Source: Eledone cirrhosa
Taxonomy: Eukaryota
Direction of reading: 5' to 3'
Assembly (NCBI GenBank): GCA_964016885.1
Contig: OZ024741.1
Location: forward strand, 337,032,001 to 337,096,000
Length of the DNA stretch: 64,000 bases
Both the position numbers and the translations under genes were made by a program. Positions 29,083 to 42,611 of the stretch are shown here, piece after piece; the first letter of the stretch is position 1, and every line of letters begins with the position of its first letter. The notes beneath the pieces are model-generated. The model ran no database searches. It was not told the origin of the DNA and was given only the letters and a program-made list of their open reading frames with translations.

Positions 29083-29235
29083 AATTCTATAAGTTGATAA
29101 AACAACAGTAAGGCGTTCAGATGAGCTCAAATGAGGTTTATTTCTATATCCAGAATAACTAGAGATATTTCAAAAGTAAATCCAGTTGGTATACTTCCGG
29201 TCATCTTAGATTTAAATCACAGAACATATATTAAC

Positions 29236-29756
29236 AAAGAAATAAGTCATGAAGTTCAGCAGTAATACATTATTTATTTGATCTACATGTGTTTCATTCC
29301 CTTTGGATATTACTCACAATATCCTTATAAAAAAAATTGTAAGGTTTACAATGTACAGCTGAAGCATGTGCTTAAAGAATATATGGATCAGTAATTAAAC
29401 ACGTGTAGATCAAATAAATTGTGTATTAACTGTTGAACTTGGTGACTTATTTCAATGTTACACACACGCACGTGTGCACACACACACACACTCACACACT
29501 CACACACACATATATGTGTGTAACATTGAAATAAGTCACCAAGTTCAACAGTTAATACACAGTTAATACACAATTTATTTGATCTACACGTGTTTAATTA
29601 CTGATCCATATATTCTTTAAGCACATGCTTCAGCTGTAAATTGTAAACCTTACAATTTTTTTTATAAGGATATTGTGAGTAATATCCAAAGAGAATGAAA
29701 CACATGTAGATCAAATAAATAATGTATTACTGCTGAATTTCATGACTTATTTCTTT
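29236..29756. repeat. ~230-bp-arm palindrome around a (CA)n tract
   Basis: Arms 29236-29466 and 29515-29756 are near-identical; the right arm has an 11-bp duplication AGTTAATACAC. Confidence 0.9.
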
Positions 29757-30035
29757 AGGTGTTGCAGAAACCCAATTTCGGAGTATTCTATCTTCCCTGA
29801 GGGTCTGGGTAAATATTTCAATCATATCTCATTTGGTTTGACCTGTTTAGCTTGTTCGCTTTTTTGGCTATGGTGGTTAATGGCTTCTTAACCATCGTCT
29901 CAGCATGTATGACCATTTTAACTTATGTTTATAGCTCTGGTATCTTCTTCTTATCCATGGAGCGGTTGTCTGCACAATATGGAAGTTGCGTTTCACTAAT
30001 TTCTACCCACCGAAATGCGATTCTCGCTAAATTTA

Positions 30036-30083
<48 letters not shown>

Positions 30084-31018
30084 GAAAAACATGAAGTCTA
30101 CCCCACTCACAAAAGAATATGTCAACCAAAGATTATATCAACCAACAAACATTGAATCTAACCTGCAAAATTAATCCTTTCATTATATATAAAAAAATTT
30201 AGAAAATGATAAAGAATGTCTAGGGATTTAAGAAAATAACTAAGTTTCTCATTTTTAAGCTTGTTCTAGGAACATAACTTAACAAAAGTTCTTACATAAA
30301 ATTGTAATGGAAAATTTTACATAAACATAAATATACTAAAATAAACAGTTTAGTATTGTAGAACCAGGGCAGAGCCAGTTTCAAGCAGTTTGTGTTCAAA
30401 AGGGATGATTCTTCCACCCTTGATTAACCCTCTTTATTACCATATATCTAATGAAAAACACAGCTACATATCTTAAATCAATTTTGAAAATAATCAAGAA
30501 TTTGGAAGGATTTAGTAATATAAGTTAACTTGCTCATTATTAAGCTGGTATTTGGAGTATAACTTAATAAAGGTTCTTACATAGAACTGTAATGAAAGAT
30601 CTTTAGATAAAAATCGTGTAAGTGTCACGATAAAAATCACCCAGTCCAGACTCTAAATGGGGTTGGTGTTACGAAATGCATCCAGCTGTAGAAATCAAGC
30701 CAGAACCAGTATAAGTAAGACACAGTAACATGATCCGACTTTACACACAACAGGACAACTCATCTAACTTATGCTAGCATGGAAAAATGGATGTTAAATG
30801 GTGGTGATGATGATGATGATGATGATGATAATAAACATTTAAAAATAATTTTTTAGTGTTGTAGAACTAGGGGCAATTTTGAGTGGTTTGCTATCAAAGA
30901 GTAATACTTTCATTATCATATTTTTAAGGAATGACACTGCCTATGGTTTTCTGTTAATTTAGAGCATAATCAAGAATTGGAGGGATTTAAAAATATAACT
31001 TTTTCATTATTAAGCTGG

Positions 31019-31290
31019 TGAAGGCATATGGCCTAGTGGTAAGGGTGTTGAACTTACGATCATAATGTTGTGGGTTTGATTCTCTGAATAGGGTTGTGAG
31101 TAAAACACGTCATTTCCCATTGCTCCAGTATATTCAGCTGAAAATGAGTACCAGCTGTAGTCAGGAGTTTAACCCTGCAAAGGACTGGTGTCCTGTCCAA
31201 GGGGGAGTCTTGCAATCACTTAGCACTGTGGAAATCAGGATAAGCACCGGCCTGATGATCTTCTGAGCTTGAGACAGATGTTACACTTTT
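31019..31290 (+). mobile_element. tRNA-derived SINE, older family
   Basis: GGCATATGGCCTAGTGGTAAGG A box, GGGTTTGATTCTC B-box-like, and a GTCCTGTCCAAGGGGGAGT body motif. Confidence 0.6.
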
Positions 31291-31903
31291 AGATGAAGCT
31301 GGATGTTTAGACAGTTTGATATCATAGAACAATGGCAGGGGTAGGTTCAGGTAGCAAGAAGGGTTAATTCTACCATCCTAGATTAAATCTACCATGCAAA
31401 CCAATTACTAAATTAAATTTCCTTCTTTTTTGATATTTTTGAGATCAAATTTCATCTACAAATTTCGTGTTTATTATTTCCACAGGTTAATCTCTTTAAT
31501 ACCAGTAATATTTCATTGACACTTCACATGGTGTTGGTGCACTCAAGCACTGAATAAATGTTTATATTTTATGTATTTTTAATTTCATGAGTTTATGTTT
31601 AAATTTAGATTTTAAATATTTGTCTCAACCAGATGTTTAGGCTTAGGTTTATTATTTTATTAGTTTTTGATGTTCGTATTTTTCTTTTCTTTATTCTTTC
31701 TTTGTATTTTGTTTATGCATTGTTGTTGCTGTTGTTGTTGTTGCTGTTGTTGTTGTTATTGTTGTTGTTGTAGTTTAATCATCCATTTATATGCCTGTTG
31801 TCTTCTTTTAAATTTTATGTATGATTAACTTTACATTAGCTAATTTGTTAGTCTACAAATTTAATTTTCCACAGGGATGATTCCCTCTCTTCTGAGAAAG
31901 AGG

Positions 31904-31953
<50 letters not shown>

Positions 31954-33055
31954 TGGGAAGAAAGGAGAGAAAAGGAAATAGAGAGAAAATGTGAGAGAAA
32001 GAGAGAGAGTGTGTGTATGTGTGTTACATTGAAGAGAGGAGAAGAGAAGGAGAGAGGACAAACATGTGTGCAAGTACATGTTTGTTACATTAAAGGGAGA
32101 GAGGGGAGGGGGGAATGTGTGTGAATATGTGTATGTATGTTGCATTAGAAGGGAAGAGAGAAGGAAGAAGAGGGCATGAGAGAGAGATAGAAAGAGCAGG
32201 AGAGAGTGGGAAAGAGAAGGGGAGAAATAGAGCTGGAGATAAGGAGAGAGAGCAAGAGAGATAGGTAGAGAATGTGTGCGTGTGCTACATTAAAGAGGAG
32301 GAGATAGTGGAGAGAGAGGGGAGAAAGAGGGAGGAAGAGGGAGGGGGAAGAGAGAGGGAGGGAGTTATACTGTTTGTATACTTGGTCAATGTGTTGTAGA
32401 ATACACTTGAGTTCTTCTTGAGTCCATAAATTCCTTTTCTGTTCTATGTAAAATATCTTTGATTCAGCTTCTTCAATTAATCTTTTACTTATGGTTATTT
32501 CTACTTTCAACACTCCCACATTCACCTCTACTTTCACTTTCATTTCTTTTGTATTTTATTTGTTAAATTTCTCACATTCTTTAACTGAACTTAAATGATA
32601 TGGTATTTTTTAGCGTTTTAAAGTAACTTTTACCTACAGCAAGGAAAGTTCTTATTTTTATATCTATATAATAGTTATTTTAAATCTTTTTTTTATCTAA
32701 CTGCATATCTATCTATCTATTTATCTGTATGTTAATCTGGTTGTCTGTCTATCTGTTTATCTATCTATCTCTTTGTTTGTGTTTGTCTGCCTGTTGGCAT
32801 GTCTGCCTGTCCGTCTGTCCATCTCTCTGCTTGTCTGTCTCTATGTCTGTCTTTCTGCCTCTGTGTATGTATGTGTATGTATGCATACATGTATATATAT
32901 ATGTATGTATGTATGTATGTGTATGTATGTATATATGTATGTATACCAGTTCCTTAATATGTTTAGACACCCAGCTATTTATATAGATACATTTGGATTC
33001 TACTTTTTAAATAGGTTTATTTTAATACCCTTGTAGCAAATAAATAAGTAAATGC

Positions 33056-33112
<57 letters not shown>

Positions 33113-33113
<1 letters not shown>

Positions 33114-34226
33114 CACATGATTGGATGATCAAACTCGTTTTGAAACACGAAAGCACCAAAAGATCATACTCCATTACAAAAGATGCAGAAAGATACAGTA
33201 ATGGACTACACATTTCAGAAGTCCCATTTACTGCTGAAATGGAAAACACAGAAAAAGCAAAGCAGGTAAAAGTAACTGCAAAGAAAGAACTGCTACAGAA
33301 ACTGGCTAAGAAATGGCAAGAAAAGCCTCTATATGGAAAATACCCAGAACGAGCTAACAATCCTGATGTTGACAAAACTTTAACCCATCAGTGGTTGGCA
33401 TCCTCTGGACTGAAATCGGAGACTGAAGGACTGATTATATCAGCACAAGATCAGTGTCTGCCAACAAAAAATTACCAAGCCAACATAATAAAAAATGGAT
33501 GCAGCCCATTATGCCGTATATGTAAAAAACAACCAGAGACCATTGACCATATAATTTCAATGTGCAGTCCTATAGCTCCAACCGAATACCTAAACAGGCA
33601 TGACAGGGCTGCACAATACATACATTGGATAATGTGTAAGCATTTTGACCTGCCCCATCAAAAGAATTGGTGGGAGCATCAACCACCTCCCATACTTGAA
33701 AAAGATCACATCTCAGTCTTGTGGAACTTTAGCATCCAAACAGACAGAAAAATAGATGCAAATAGACCTGATATAATATTGAAGGACTTTAAAAAGAGGG
33801 TATGCCTGCTAATTGATATGTCCGTTCCAATAGACAAGAATGTATCTATAAAAACATTTGAAAAATTAAGCAAGTATAAGGACCTGGAGATAGAAATTGG
33901 AAAAATGTGGAAATTGAGAACTAAAACAATACCAGTGGTTGTAGGTGCTCTAGGAATGATACCTAAGGGGTCTAATGATTACTTATTGCAAATCCCAGGA
34001 AACCCGCGTATAGGAGAAATACAAAAGATAGTACTAATGGGAACTGCCCATATACTAAGGAAAATTCTGTCAATATAAGTACATCACAAGTCTAAACACT
34101 GAAGATGCATGTGTGAGTATGTATGTTCTTTCTTGAACATGGCGGACCTTGTTGTCTCTTGAGGTCACTGGTTGTGACTTGGTGATAACTCGTATGAACA
34201 TAAAACAAGATAAATGCAGCTGTAAA

Positions 34227-34228
<2 letters not shown>
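33113..34228 (+). mobile_element. R4/Dong-type non-LTR retrotransposon, 5'-truncated, in (TAA)n
   Basis: Open frame with CCHC knuckle and restriction-like endonuclease; ~150-nt 3'UTR; (TAA)n on both sides, the known Dong target. Confidence 0.85.
33125..34078 (+). CDS. C-terminal CCHC and restriction-like endonuclease region of the R4/Dong ORF (partial)
   Basis: AQDQ, CRIC..ETIDHIISMC, RHD, RPD..LID, KLSKYKDL motifs; no stops over 317 aa. Confidence 0.8.
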   Translation: MIKLVLKHESTKRSYSITKDAERYSNGLHISEVPFTAEMENTEKAKQVKVTAKKELLQKLAKKWQEKPLYGKYPERANNPDVDKTLTHQWLASSGLKSETEGLIISAQDQCLPTKNYQANIIKNGCSPLCRICKKQPETIDHIISMCSPIAPTEYLNRHDRAAQYIHWIMCKHFDLPHQKNWWEHQPPPILEKDHISVLWNFSIQTDRKIDANRPDIILKDFKKRVCLLIDMSVPIDKNVSIKTFEKLSKYKDLEIEIGKMWKLRTKTIPVVVGALGMIPKGSNDYLLQIPGNPRIGEIQKIVLMGTAHILRKILSI

Positions 34229-34273
<45 letters not shown>

Positions 34274-34385
34274 GAAGAAGAAGATGATGAAGAAGAAGAA
34301 GAAGAAGAAGAAGAAGAAGAAGAAGAAGAAGAAGAAGAAGAACAACAACAACAACAACAACAATGGCCATGATGGTGATGATGAT
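34229..34385. repeat. Compound trinucleotide tract (TAA)(AAG)(AAC)(GAT)
   Basis: Direct reading. Confidence 0.9.
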
Positions 34386-34613
34386 CAGTAGTTGGTGTTG
34401 ACCTTGTTATTTTTGTTGTTGTCATTAATAATAGGTTAGTATGTGTTTTAGTGCAATAGTTTTAAAATGGAAAAAAAAAAAAAAGTTAAATAAAAATTTA
34501 AAAACAAAACAAAAAAAAATAAATATGAGGAACTGAACTGAAATTAAAAAAAAGAGAGAGAAAATTATTCGACCTGAAGAATGTGAATGATGGTGGGAGA
34601 AAGAATTATTCTG

Positions 34614-34781
34614 AAATGTAGTCGCCCTAACGTAAATAACTATAATGATAGTTGATCACTAGAAATAATAGTTAAGAAAATCAGGTAAAATATCTCCAGG
34701 TGGATTTTACCTGATTTCAACAACTAATATTTATAGTGACTGACTATTATTATAGTCCATTGTGTTGGGACAACTACATTT
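34614..34781. mobile_element. Palindromic MITE-like element
   Basis: AAATGTAGTCGCCCTAACG...TGTTGGGACAACTACATTT with inner AATCAGGTAAAAT/ATTTTACCTGATT; relative at ~48750-48935. Confidence 0.6.
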
Positions 34782-35647
34782 AAAATTTAAAATGTTCTCG
34801 ATGTTTCTTAAGTCAACCGGATGTTAATTCCTAAATAGATTTACATGTGTTTGTTTTGTTGTTGTCGTTGTTGTTTTTAATTTTCTTCAACACATTTTCC
34901 ATTAAAAATTTTGTCTTTGTACTGTCCTCTCAGATTTTGGTAACCAGGAGTGAGGAGATCACATGATGTAAATGGATGTCTTTGCTTTTTCTGTAGGATC
35001 TGCATTCGTTTTAACATTCCTTCTCTTTTTATAACACCAATTTATTTTCATCTATTTCCCAACACACTTTTCTTTCAATTGACACAAACATTTTAACGAT
35101 TGCTGTGAATATATTCTGACGCTGTCTTATATATTTTCCCCTTATTTTGCATTCATGTATGTAAAAAAAAAAAAAAAAATTAAAAAGTAAATTTCACAGT
35201 TTGGGATCATTCAAATGTCTGTTGCTATGGTAAATAAAATAAAATAAAATACATATCATGTAACCTCAACCCCATGTTACTGAAATTATACTGAAACTAT
35301 CAGTCTAAAATATACATTTGTTGTTGTTGTTGCTGTTGCGGATGTTATTGTTGTAGTTGTCGTCGTCGTTGTTTTTGTTGTTGTTGTTGTTGTTAAGGTG
35401 GTGGAAAGTCATCGCTTTTACCTACCACTAATCCTTCATAGAATGTCAAAATGGAACTTCCACTGAACACATCGCCTGACTAGCAGAGGACTGTGAGCAT
35501 TTGACAATGTTTCAGTTGCCATGCATCCTCTCTTGGACTTCATCTGAACCTGGACAACTACTCTGTCAACGAAATAAGCTAAAGAAAAGATGTATTTGAC
35601 TAACAACAACCACACTTGTTCACTGTCAAAGAATTGTTGGAAATGGA

Positions 35648-35812
35648 AGACCTAGATGGAAGTGGTGAGAGTTGATCTCAGATTGCTAAAGCTCAAGGAA
35701 GAGATGACAAAAGAACATGAAAAGTAGAGGGATGCAGTACTTGAGAAGAACTTGTCCAACCCATGCAAGCGTGGAACAACAAACATAAAATGATCATAAT
35801 GATGATGATGAT
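35648..35812 (+). mobile_element. Old RTE 3' end
   Basis: Resembles the 60460 family end; CCCATGCAAGCGTGGAAC..(GAT)n. A similar minus-strand relic lies at ~40240-40630. Confidence 0.55.
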
Positions 35813-36948
35813 TTAGTGCATGTCTGTGCAACACCATTCATAGCATGCCTAGTCCTTCATGCAATGGGTGTTGACAGCAATTGGGGTACTTGACAAGTGC
35901 AATGGGTGTTGACATTAACTGGGGTGCCTAAACTTCATGCAATGGGTGTTAACATCAACTGGGCACCTGACCAGTCGAAGAGCCAACATTTCAGTCACTT
36001 CAGACATTATCACAGGGAGATTGAAATTGAGGATACATACCTTCATATGAATTTTTTTTAATGTATTGATAAAATTAGCCCTTTTGTTGCTATATTTCTA
36101 ATGAAAGACACTGCCTATGATTTTCAAATAATAAAAAAAAATTAGAATTTCTCATTCTTATGACTTTATTAACAAATCCTGTCTCTATCTCTCTCTATCT
36201 CTATCTCTCTCTCTCATTCTCTCTCCCTCTCTCTCTCTCTCTCTCTCCTTCTCTCTCTCTCTCCAAAGTCAACTCTGCCTTTCATCCATTCGAGGTCAAT
36301 AAAAAAGTATCAATCTAGTACCAAGGTCGATTCTTTCTCTATATCTCTTTTTCCCTTCATCTCTCTCATTCTCTATCCTTCTCTGGAAGACATTTGCTGT
36401 GTTCAGACTGCTTAAAAGTCCAAGAAATGCTGTACATCTCTATGGCACTCCTATGACTCCATCAGGAGTTACAGGACCATACCATACTATACCAATAAAT
36501 TAATGAAGATGAATAATGATTTTGAGGGTGATGGTAATTTCCATAGGGCTGTTGCTGTAACTGTAAAATTGGCAATGCCAATGTCAGTGACACCAACAAT
36601 GACAAAGCTGATAATCAGACATTGCTTTAACAATCAGTGTTCTTCTGCAAGGCTTCAACATTTTGAATAGTTCTCTTGAGTTGAAGATTTATTCATGTTC
36701 CAAGACATCTACAAGTGTGTTTGGTGCTCGCCATTGGAATCTCGATTGGTTGACCTTCACTGATTGCCTCCGATCATCGTGTATCGTCTGCATTCGTGAA
36801 GAATACCATAAAGTCCTTTGATGGAGCCAGCTCAACCCATCGCTATAAGTACAAGTAAGTAAGTACATCTACAAGACGTAAAGTTACCAACAGCAGGGTT
36901 TTTCTATTTGTTCGATACCTTTGCTTGGATTTGGGTATATTTAATAAT

Positions 36949-37165
36949 TATTTCTACATTAGGCACAAGGCCAGCAATTACCCAGTGTATTACTGGTACT
37001 TTTATTTTATCCAGTGTATTACTGGTACTTTTATTTTATCGACCCCGTAAGGATGAAAGGCAAAGTTAACCTTGGCGAGATTTGAACTCAGAATGGCAAG
37101 GGCCGTAACTCTATGCGTCAAAGCATGGCGTCCGACCCTCTACCGATACTGCCAATCCACCGCCC
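36949..37165 (-). mobile_element. SINE with 18-bp target-site duplication
   Basis: TTGGGTATATTTAATAAT at 36931-36948 and 37166-37183; internal 29-bp tandem duplication at 36982-37039. Confidence 0.85.
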
Positions 37166-37369
37166 TTGGGTATATTTAATAATATCACTTATCCAGCTTG
37201 ATATCACATGTTTTATATGTCATGATAAATATTTTGTAACAATAAAAGCTAAGAGTTTATGAGTGTTCTCTTGCAATGTTGTGTTATTGTGTGGTTTTTA
37301 GGCAACTACTTTATATTTCAGAATATATGAGGTCACTTTCTTTTTTACCATTCTAATTCGATTTTGTTC

Positions 37370-37746
37370 ATACCCATACACACATATACATACATGCATA
37401 CATGCATGCATACATACATACATACATACATACATACATACATACATACATACATACATACATACACATGCATACATACACATGCATACATACATATATT
37501 CAGGCATACACATGCATACATACATGCATACACACACATATACATACATATATACATACATACATTCATACATACATACACATGCATACATACATAATAC
37601 ATACATATATTCATGCATACATACACATGCATACATAGATACATACATACATGCATGCATACATACATACATACATAAATACATACATACAAGCATGCAT
37701 ACATACATACACATACATATATACATACACATATACATACATATAC

Positions 37747-37777
<31 letters not shown>

Positions 37778-37920
37778 CATACACATCCATAAACACACAC
37801 ACATACATACATACACACATACATAAAGTCACACATACATACATACACATACATAAAGTCACACATACATACACAGGCATCCATAAAGGCACACATACAT
37901 ACACATGTATACATACATAC
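37370..37920. repeat. (CATA)n-type microsatellite
   Basis: Direct reading. Confidence 0.9.
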
Positions 37921-39838
37921 AAATATATTACTTATATATATATATTTTTTGTAATGTGATAAATATTATCCACATTTCTTAGTCTTTCCTACAACTGGTC
38001 AGTTAGTAGCCACAGCTGAAGCTGGCAGTTCTGAGATGGATTTAGTGCTATCAATTAATGGCAAAGAAATCCAATATGCTGTTTCTTTCTATTTTCCCAT
38101 GCTAGCAATCATAGTGAAAATGGGTGTTTGTTATCTTATTTTATTTTATCTTTTTGGTTTTCTTTTAGTTTTGGTTTTGTGTTGCTTTGCTCTGTATTAT
38201 ATCTTCCTTTTTAGAATCATTTAACACTAGAGGTTCATGTGTCTTTTTATTGACCAACGAAGTACAAAATACAAGCCCCTTTTCAAAACTAGCACATGTC
38301 TTTAAAATATTCTTCCCATGTAGCTGATGAAAAATTAAAGAATGTAATTTTCTCTATATTTTTCTGACAGGTTTCATCTTTTTACTATCATTTAGTTTTG
38401 CTTTCTTTATAATGTCTTCAGGGAGAAAAACAACTTCCTTTTCCAAATTTTTGTAATTTAACTTTTCTACTTCTTTTTTTTTTAAACTTTCAAAATCCCT
38501 TAAACTGACTGTAGTTTGTTCAATTATTAGTGTTTCTCGTTTTATCATTTTCATGGAAAATTAGCTGGAGGCCAACACAAAAATATTTTCCAAAGAAATC
38601 TTTTCTGTTTTGTTAATTTGTTTTCTTTTTGGTTTTTAACAAATTTCTTTATTTTTTTATTTGATATTTTCTAAATCTCAATTTATAATAATACTTTTTT
38701 TATTTTACGTTGATTCTCCTTCTCTTTTTCTTTCTCTTTCTCTCTCTCCTCTCCTCTCCTCTCCTCTACATCCATTAGTGTAGTGGGTTGGGAAGAGTTG
38801 TTGAAAATGTTGGGAGATTGTGAAGAGCAAATTGAAAATTTTTAACATTCTAATTGTTTAGTAAGGAATAATTTACATTCGGAAAATATTTCATCTACAC
38901 TTAATTTAATTGAATATTACTAATCATGCTAATTGCTTGGTGGGAATCATTTCTTAATACATTGCTTTCTATGAGAAATCAATAGCAGATCATTGTTTAC
39001 GCCTGTTTATATCTTTAAGATCTCCACACTTCCTAACACCACATTAGAAATTTAATCACGTTGATGCAAGTCTTAATTCTTGATTAGATGATAATTTTCA
39101 ACATGAAAGATTTCCCCCTAATTCAATTAGATGTTGTTAAATTCATTGACAATCTTCAGAATACTCAGGGTGTGAGAATTAAAACTGAAGTAATCTTTGA
39201 AACCAAGAAAAAAAAATCAATAATTCCCATTTATGGTATTGGTAGTTTATTTATAGAGTTTTAGAAAATTTATCTTTATTCAACATGGGCACAAGCTATC
39301 AAATTGCAACTATTAACCTAGATTTTATGTATTTCCAAATTTTTAAGTTAAATTTTCCTTAATTAAAATTATGTATATATATGCTAATCAAAATCAAGAT
39401 CAAATAATTACCATCAGGCAAAGTATTAAAATTTCTTTAAAAGGAAAATAATACCCCACACCATACCACCCGTTAAAATATTCTCCTTTACATATATTTT
39501 AATAAATGTATGTATATACACATACAGTCATGTTTCTATATGTAGGTATAAACATTCTGTTTCCATATATTTACACATTCATACTTAAAACACTTGTGCT
39601 TGCACATATATGTATTTATACACTTATACACACACAGATACATGCAAACATTAAATGATGATGATGACAATGATATACATATATATATATATATATATAT
39701 ATTAGAATGTGTGTTTAAAATACAATAGTACATAAAACATTCTAAGCTTAACTGATTGAGCATTCAATACTGGTAGGTAGAATGAAGAAACGTATGTTCT
39801 AAGTAGAAACGTGGCAGTGACTTCGAAGTTTTAGCTTG

Positions 39839-39877
<39 letters not shown>

Positions 39878-40975
39878 CACACACACACACACACACACAC
39901 AGTTATCACCATCATCATAGTTTTCATGACTGCACTTCCAAACAGACATGGACAGGAAGGTTTGAGGCAGTTCTAAGTGATTTGTGGCCAAATGTCCATC
40001 CTTATACCAACCCTTTTAGATGCATCACATGACATGCAGGGATATAATATACATATTTGTATATGCATATATATGTGTGTATAGACAAATATATATGTAT
40101 ATATATTTCATATTGAATGACTTCTACATGACTAGAACTGCTTCATTCATATGCACTCAAACACAAACACAAACATATTTATGTGTGTATGTAAGTGTGT
40201 TTGTGTATATTAATATATATTATACATCATCTTCATTCTAAGTCCCCTTTTTCTTCTTTGCATTGGTTGGATGGGTCTTTTCCAGGACAGCCTCTCCCCA
40301 TTCATAGCATTCCATTCTCATCTTCTCTGTGTCATTCAGTGTTTTGAGCTCAGCCCTAAATACCTCTACTTGGGTCTTCCTTGGACCTCCTCTACTGCAG
40401 CTTCCTTCCACTGGCATTACTTAGCACTTCTTAATCCAGTAAACATCATCCATACAGTGCATTCTTCTTTCATGCACACTACATCAGATTCTTCTTTTAC
40501 CCAGCAGATCACATGTCAAAAACCAGTGCAGTCTTCTCTCTTGCTTACTACCTCTGATTTTCTTTATTGCCAGCTTTTCCCTCAGTTCAACCATGCCCTG
40601 TCATTTATACACACTAACATTACACATTAATAGAGCTTGGGTCATGATAAAATGTGCCCAATACACTCTGTAACGTAATTAACAATTGTACCGAGACAAT
40701 GTAGGGTTGAGCAAACTGTTTAGGATTGCGGGGCACACAATTTCACTAGTGCTGGAGATATGATAAAATGGATAATGCTTTAAAAAACCTGCCAAAAACT
40801 GAACGTGGTTCACTGATCAATGTTGAAAGGCAGGAACTCTGACCAAGATTTGACAGTGACCAGGACAACCCATCAAATTCATGCTAGTAAGGAGACTGAT
40901 TATAAAAGGATGAATGTGTGGTGTGCTTTTGTATATGTGTGTGTGTGTGTCTGTATATATTTATATATACATATT

Positions 40976-41009
<34 letters not shown>

Positions 41010-41429
41010 TACATAAAGGTAAATATGCATATATGTGTGTATATATACACAAATCTATACATCATAGTTACACACACATACACATACATACAAATCTACA
41101 CACCACACAAAGATAGTCATATATATATATATAAGTCATACATATATGTGTATACAAAAATCTGTACAAACATCTTGAGAGTAAACAAATCAAAAACAAA
41201 TTGATGAACGCCAAAAACAAACATAACAAACAATTTGTTTTCATGCTTCAAGGAATGGAAGAAGCAAGGTTTTTGGTTTTTCCTCCCATGTAAAGTTTAA
41301 TCAGTGACTCAGTGGTTACAGCAGATAATATATATATATATACATCCACACTTCACAGATCTCAACATCTTTCTATCTTTCTCTTACTTTCTCTCTACCT
41401 TTATACATTCTTTCTCTCTCTCGCTCTCT

Positions 41430-41630
41430 TCTTTACCTTCTCTCTTTCTCTCTTTCTTACTACTTCTCTCTCCCTCTCTTTCTTACTATATCTCTCTTTC
41501 TCTCTTTCTTACTACTTCTCTCTCCCTCTCTTTCTTACTATATCTCTCTCTCTCTCTTTCTTACTACTTCTCTCTCCCTCTCTTTCTTACTATATCTCTC
41601 TTTCTCTCTTTCTTACTACATCTCTCACAC
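41430..41630. repeat. CT-rich minisatellite
   Basis: Recurring CTCTCTTTCTTACTA unit. Confidence 0.75.
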
Positions 41631-42049
41631 TCTCTCTCTTACCTCTTTTCTGTCTCTCCCTCCTTTTCTCTTTCTTTACATGTATATATCTCTGTCTGTT
41701 TTTCCTTCCTTCTCTCTTGCCCTTTCTCTCTCACTGTAACCCCCCCCCTCTCTCTCTCTCTCTATCTGTACATTTCTTTCTGTCTGTCTCCTTCCCTTTC
41801 TCTACCCCTCTCTATCTCTGTATCTGTTAGTAACTCTTTATCTATCCATCATTCTCTATATTCCTTTTATTGTCACTAACTCACTGAGCATGAATATGTA
41901 TGATTCTTTCCCCCCTTCTCTCTCTCTCTATCTATCTCTCTATCTCTCTATCTCTCTTTCTATCTATCTATCTATCTATCTCACTATTGCTTTCTCTCAA
42001 ATAATCACTGTCTTTATTTCTCTCCCTCTGTATCTCACTCCCATTCACA

Positions 42050-42225
42050 GAAACACAGCCATATAGCTGTGCTGTCGCACACAGTGGCAGTAACAGCAGC
42101 AACAGCAGCAGCAGTCACAACAACAGCAGCTACAGCAGCAGCAGCAGCAGCTATCGCAGCACAAATCACATAAATCGACTGCAGGATACACACTTCAGAG
42201 TAAGGATAGATTTCTACAAGTAAGT
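42050..42225 (+). promoter_or_regulatory. Candidate 5' non-coding exon or promoter of the protocadherin
   Basis: Unique, GC-richer stretch with a (CAG)n tract after a CT-rich block, ending in the donor-like AA|GTAAGT (42220). Inference only. Confidence 0.3.
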
Positions 42226-42510
42226 AGTTGGTTGGTTATCCCTCACTTTTTGGAATCAATTCTTTTTCTCATCACTGATTGAAAACTACCTGAGAGCAAG
42301 TTTGAAACACCGCCTCACTGAATATTTTCCTTAATTAAAATTGATTTGAAATTCAAAAGAGATATAAAATATCTCTAAACAGCTTCAGAAAAAAAGAAAC
42401 AAGGAATTTTATCAATTCTTAGTTGCATTTGTTGGAATTCTTTTTAACATTTATCCTATCTTGATTCATTTGGAGTGGATATACAAATATTAAAAAAAAC
42501 AACATCCATT

Positions 42511-42611
<101 letters not shown>

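Noticed and set aside
38354-38554. Lys/Glu-rich 66-aa minus-strand ORF; also 32145-32543
   Set aside because: No recognisable domain or splice context; may be a TE relic.
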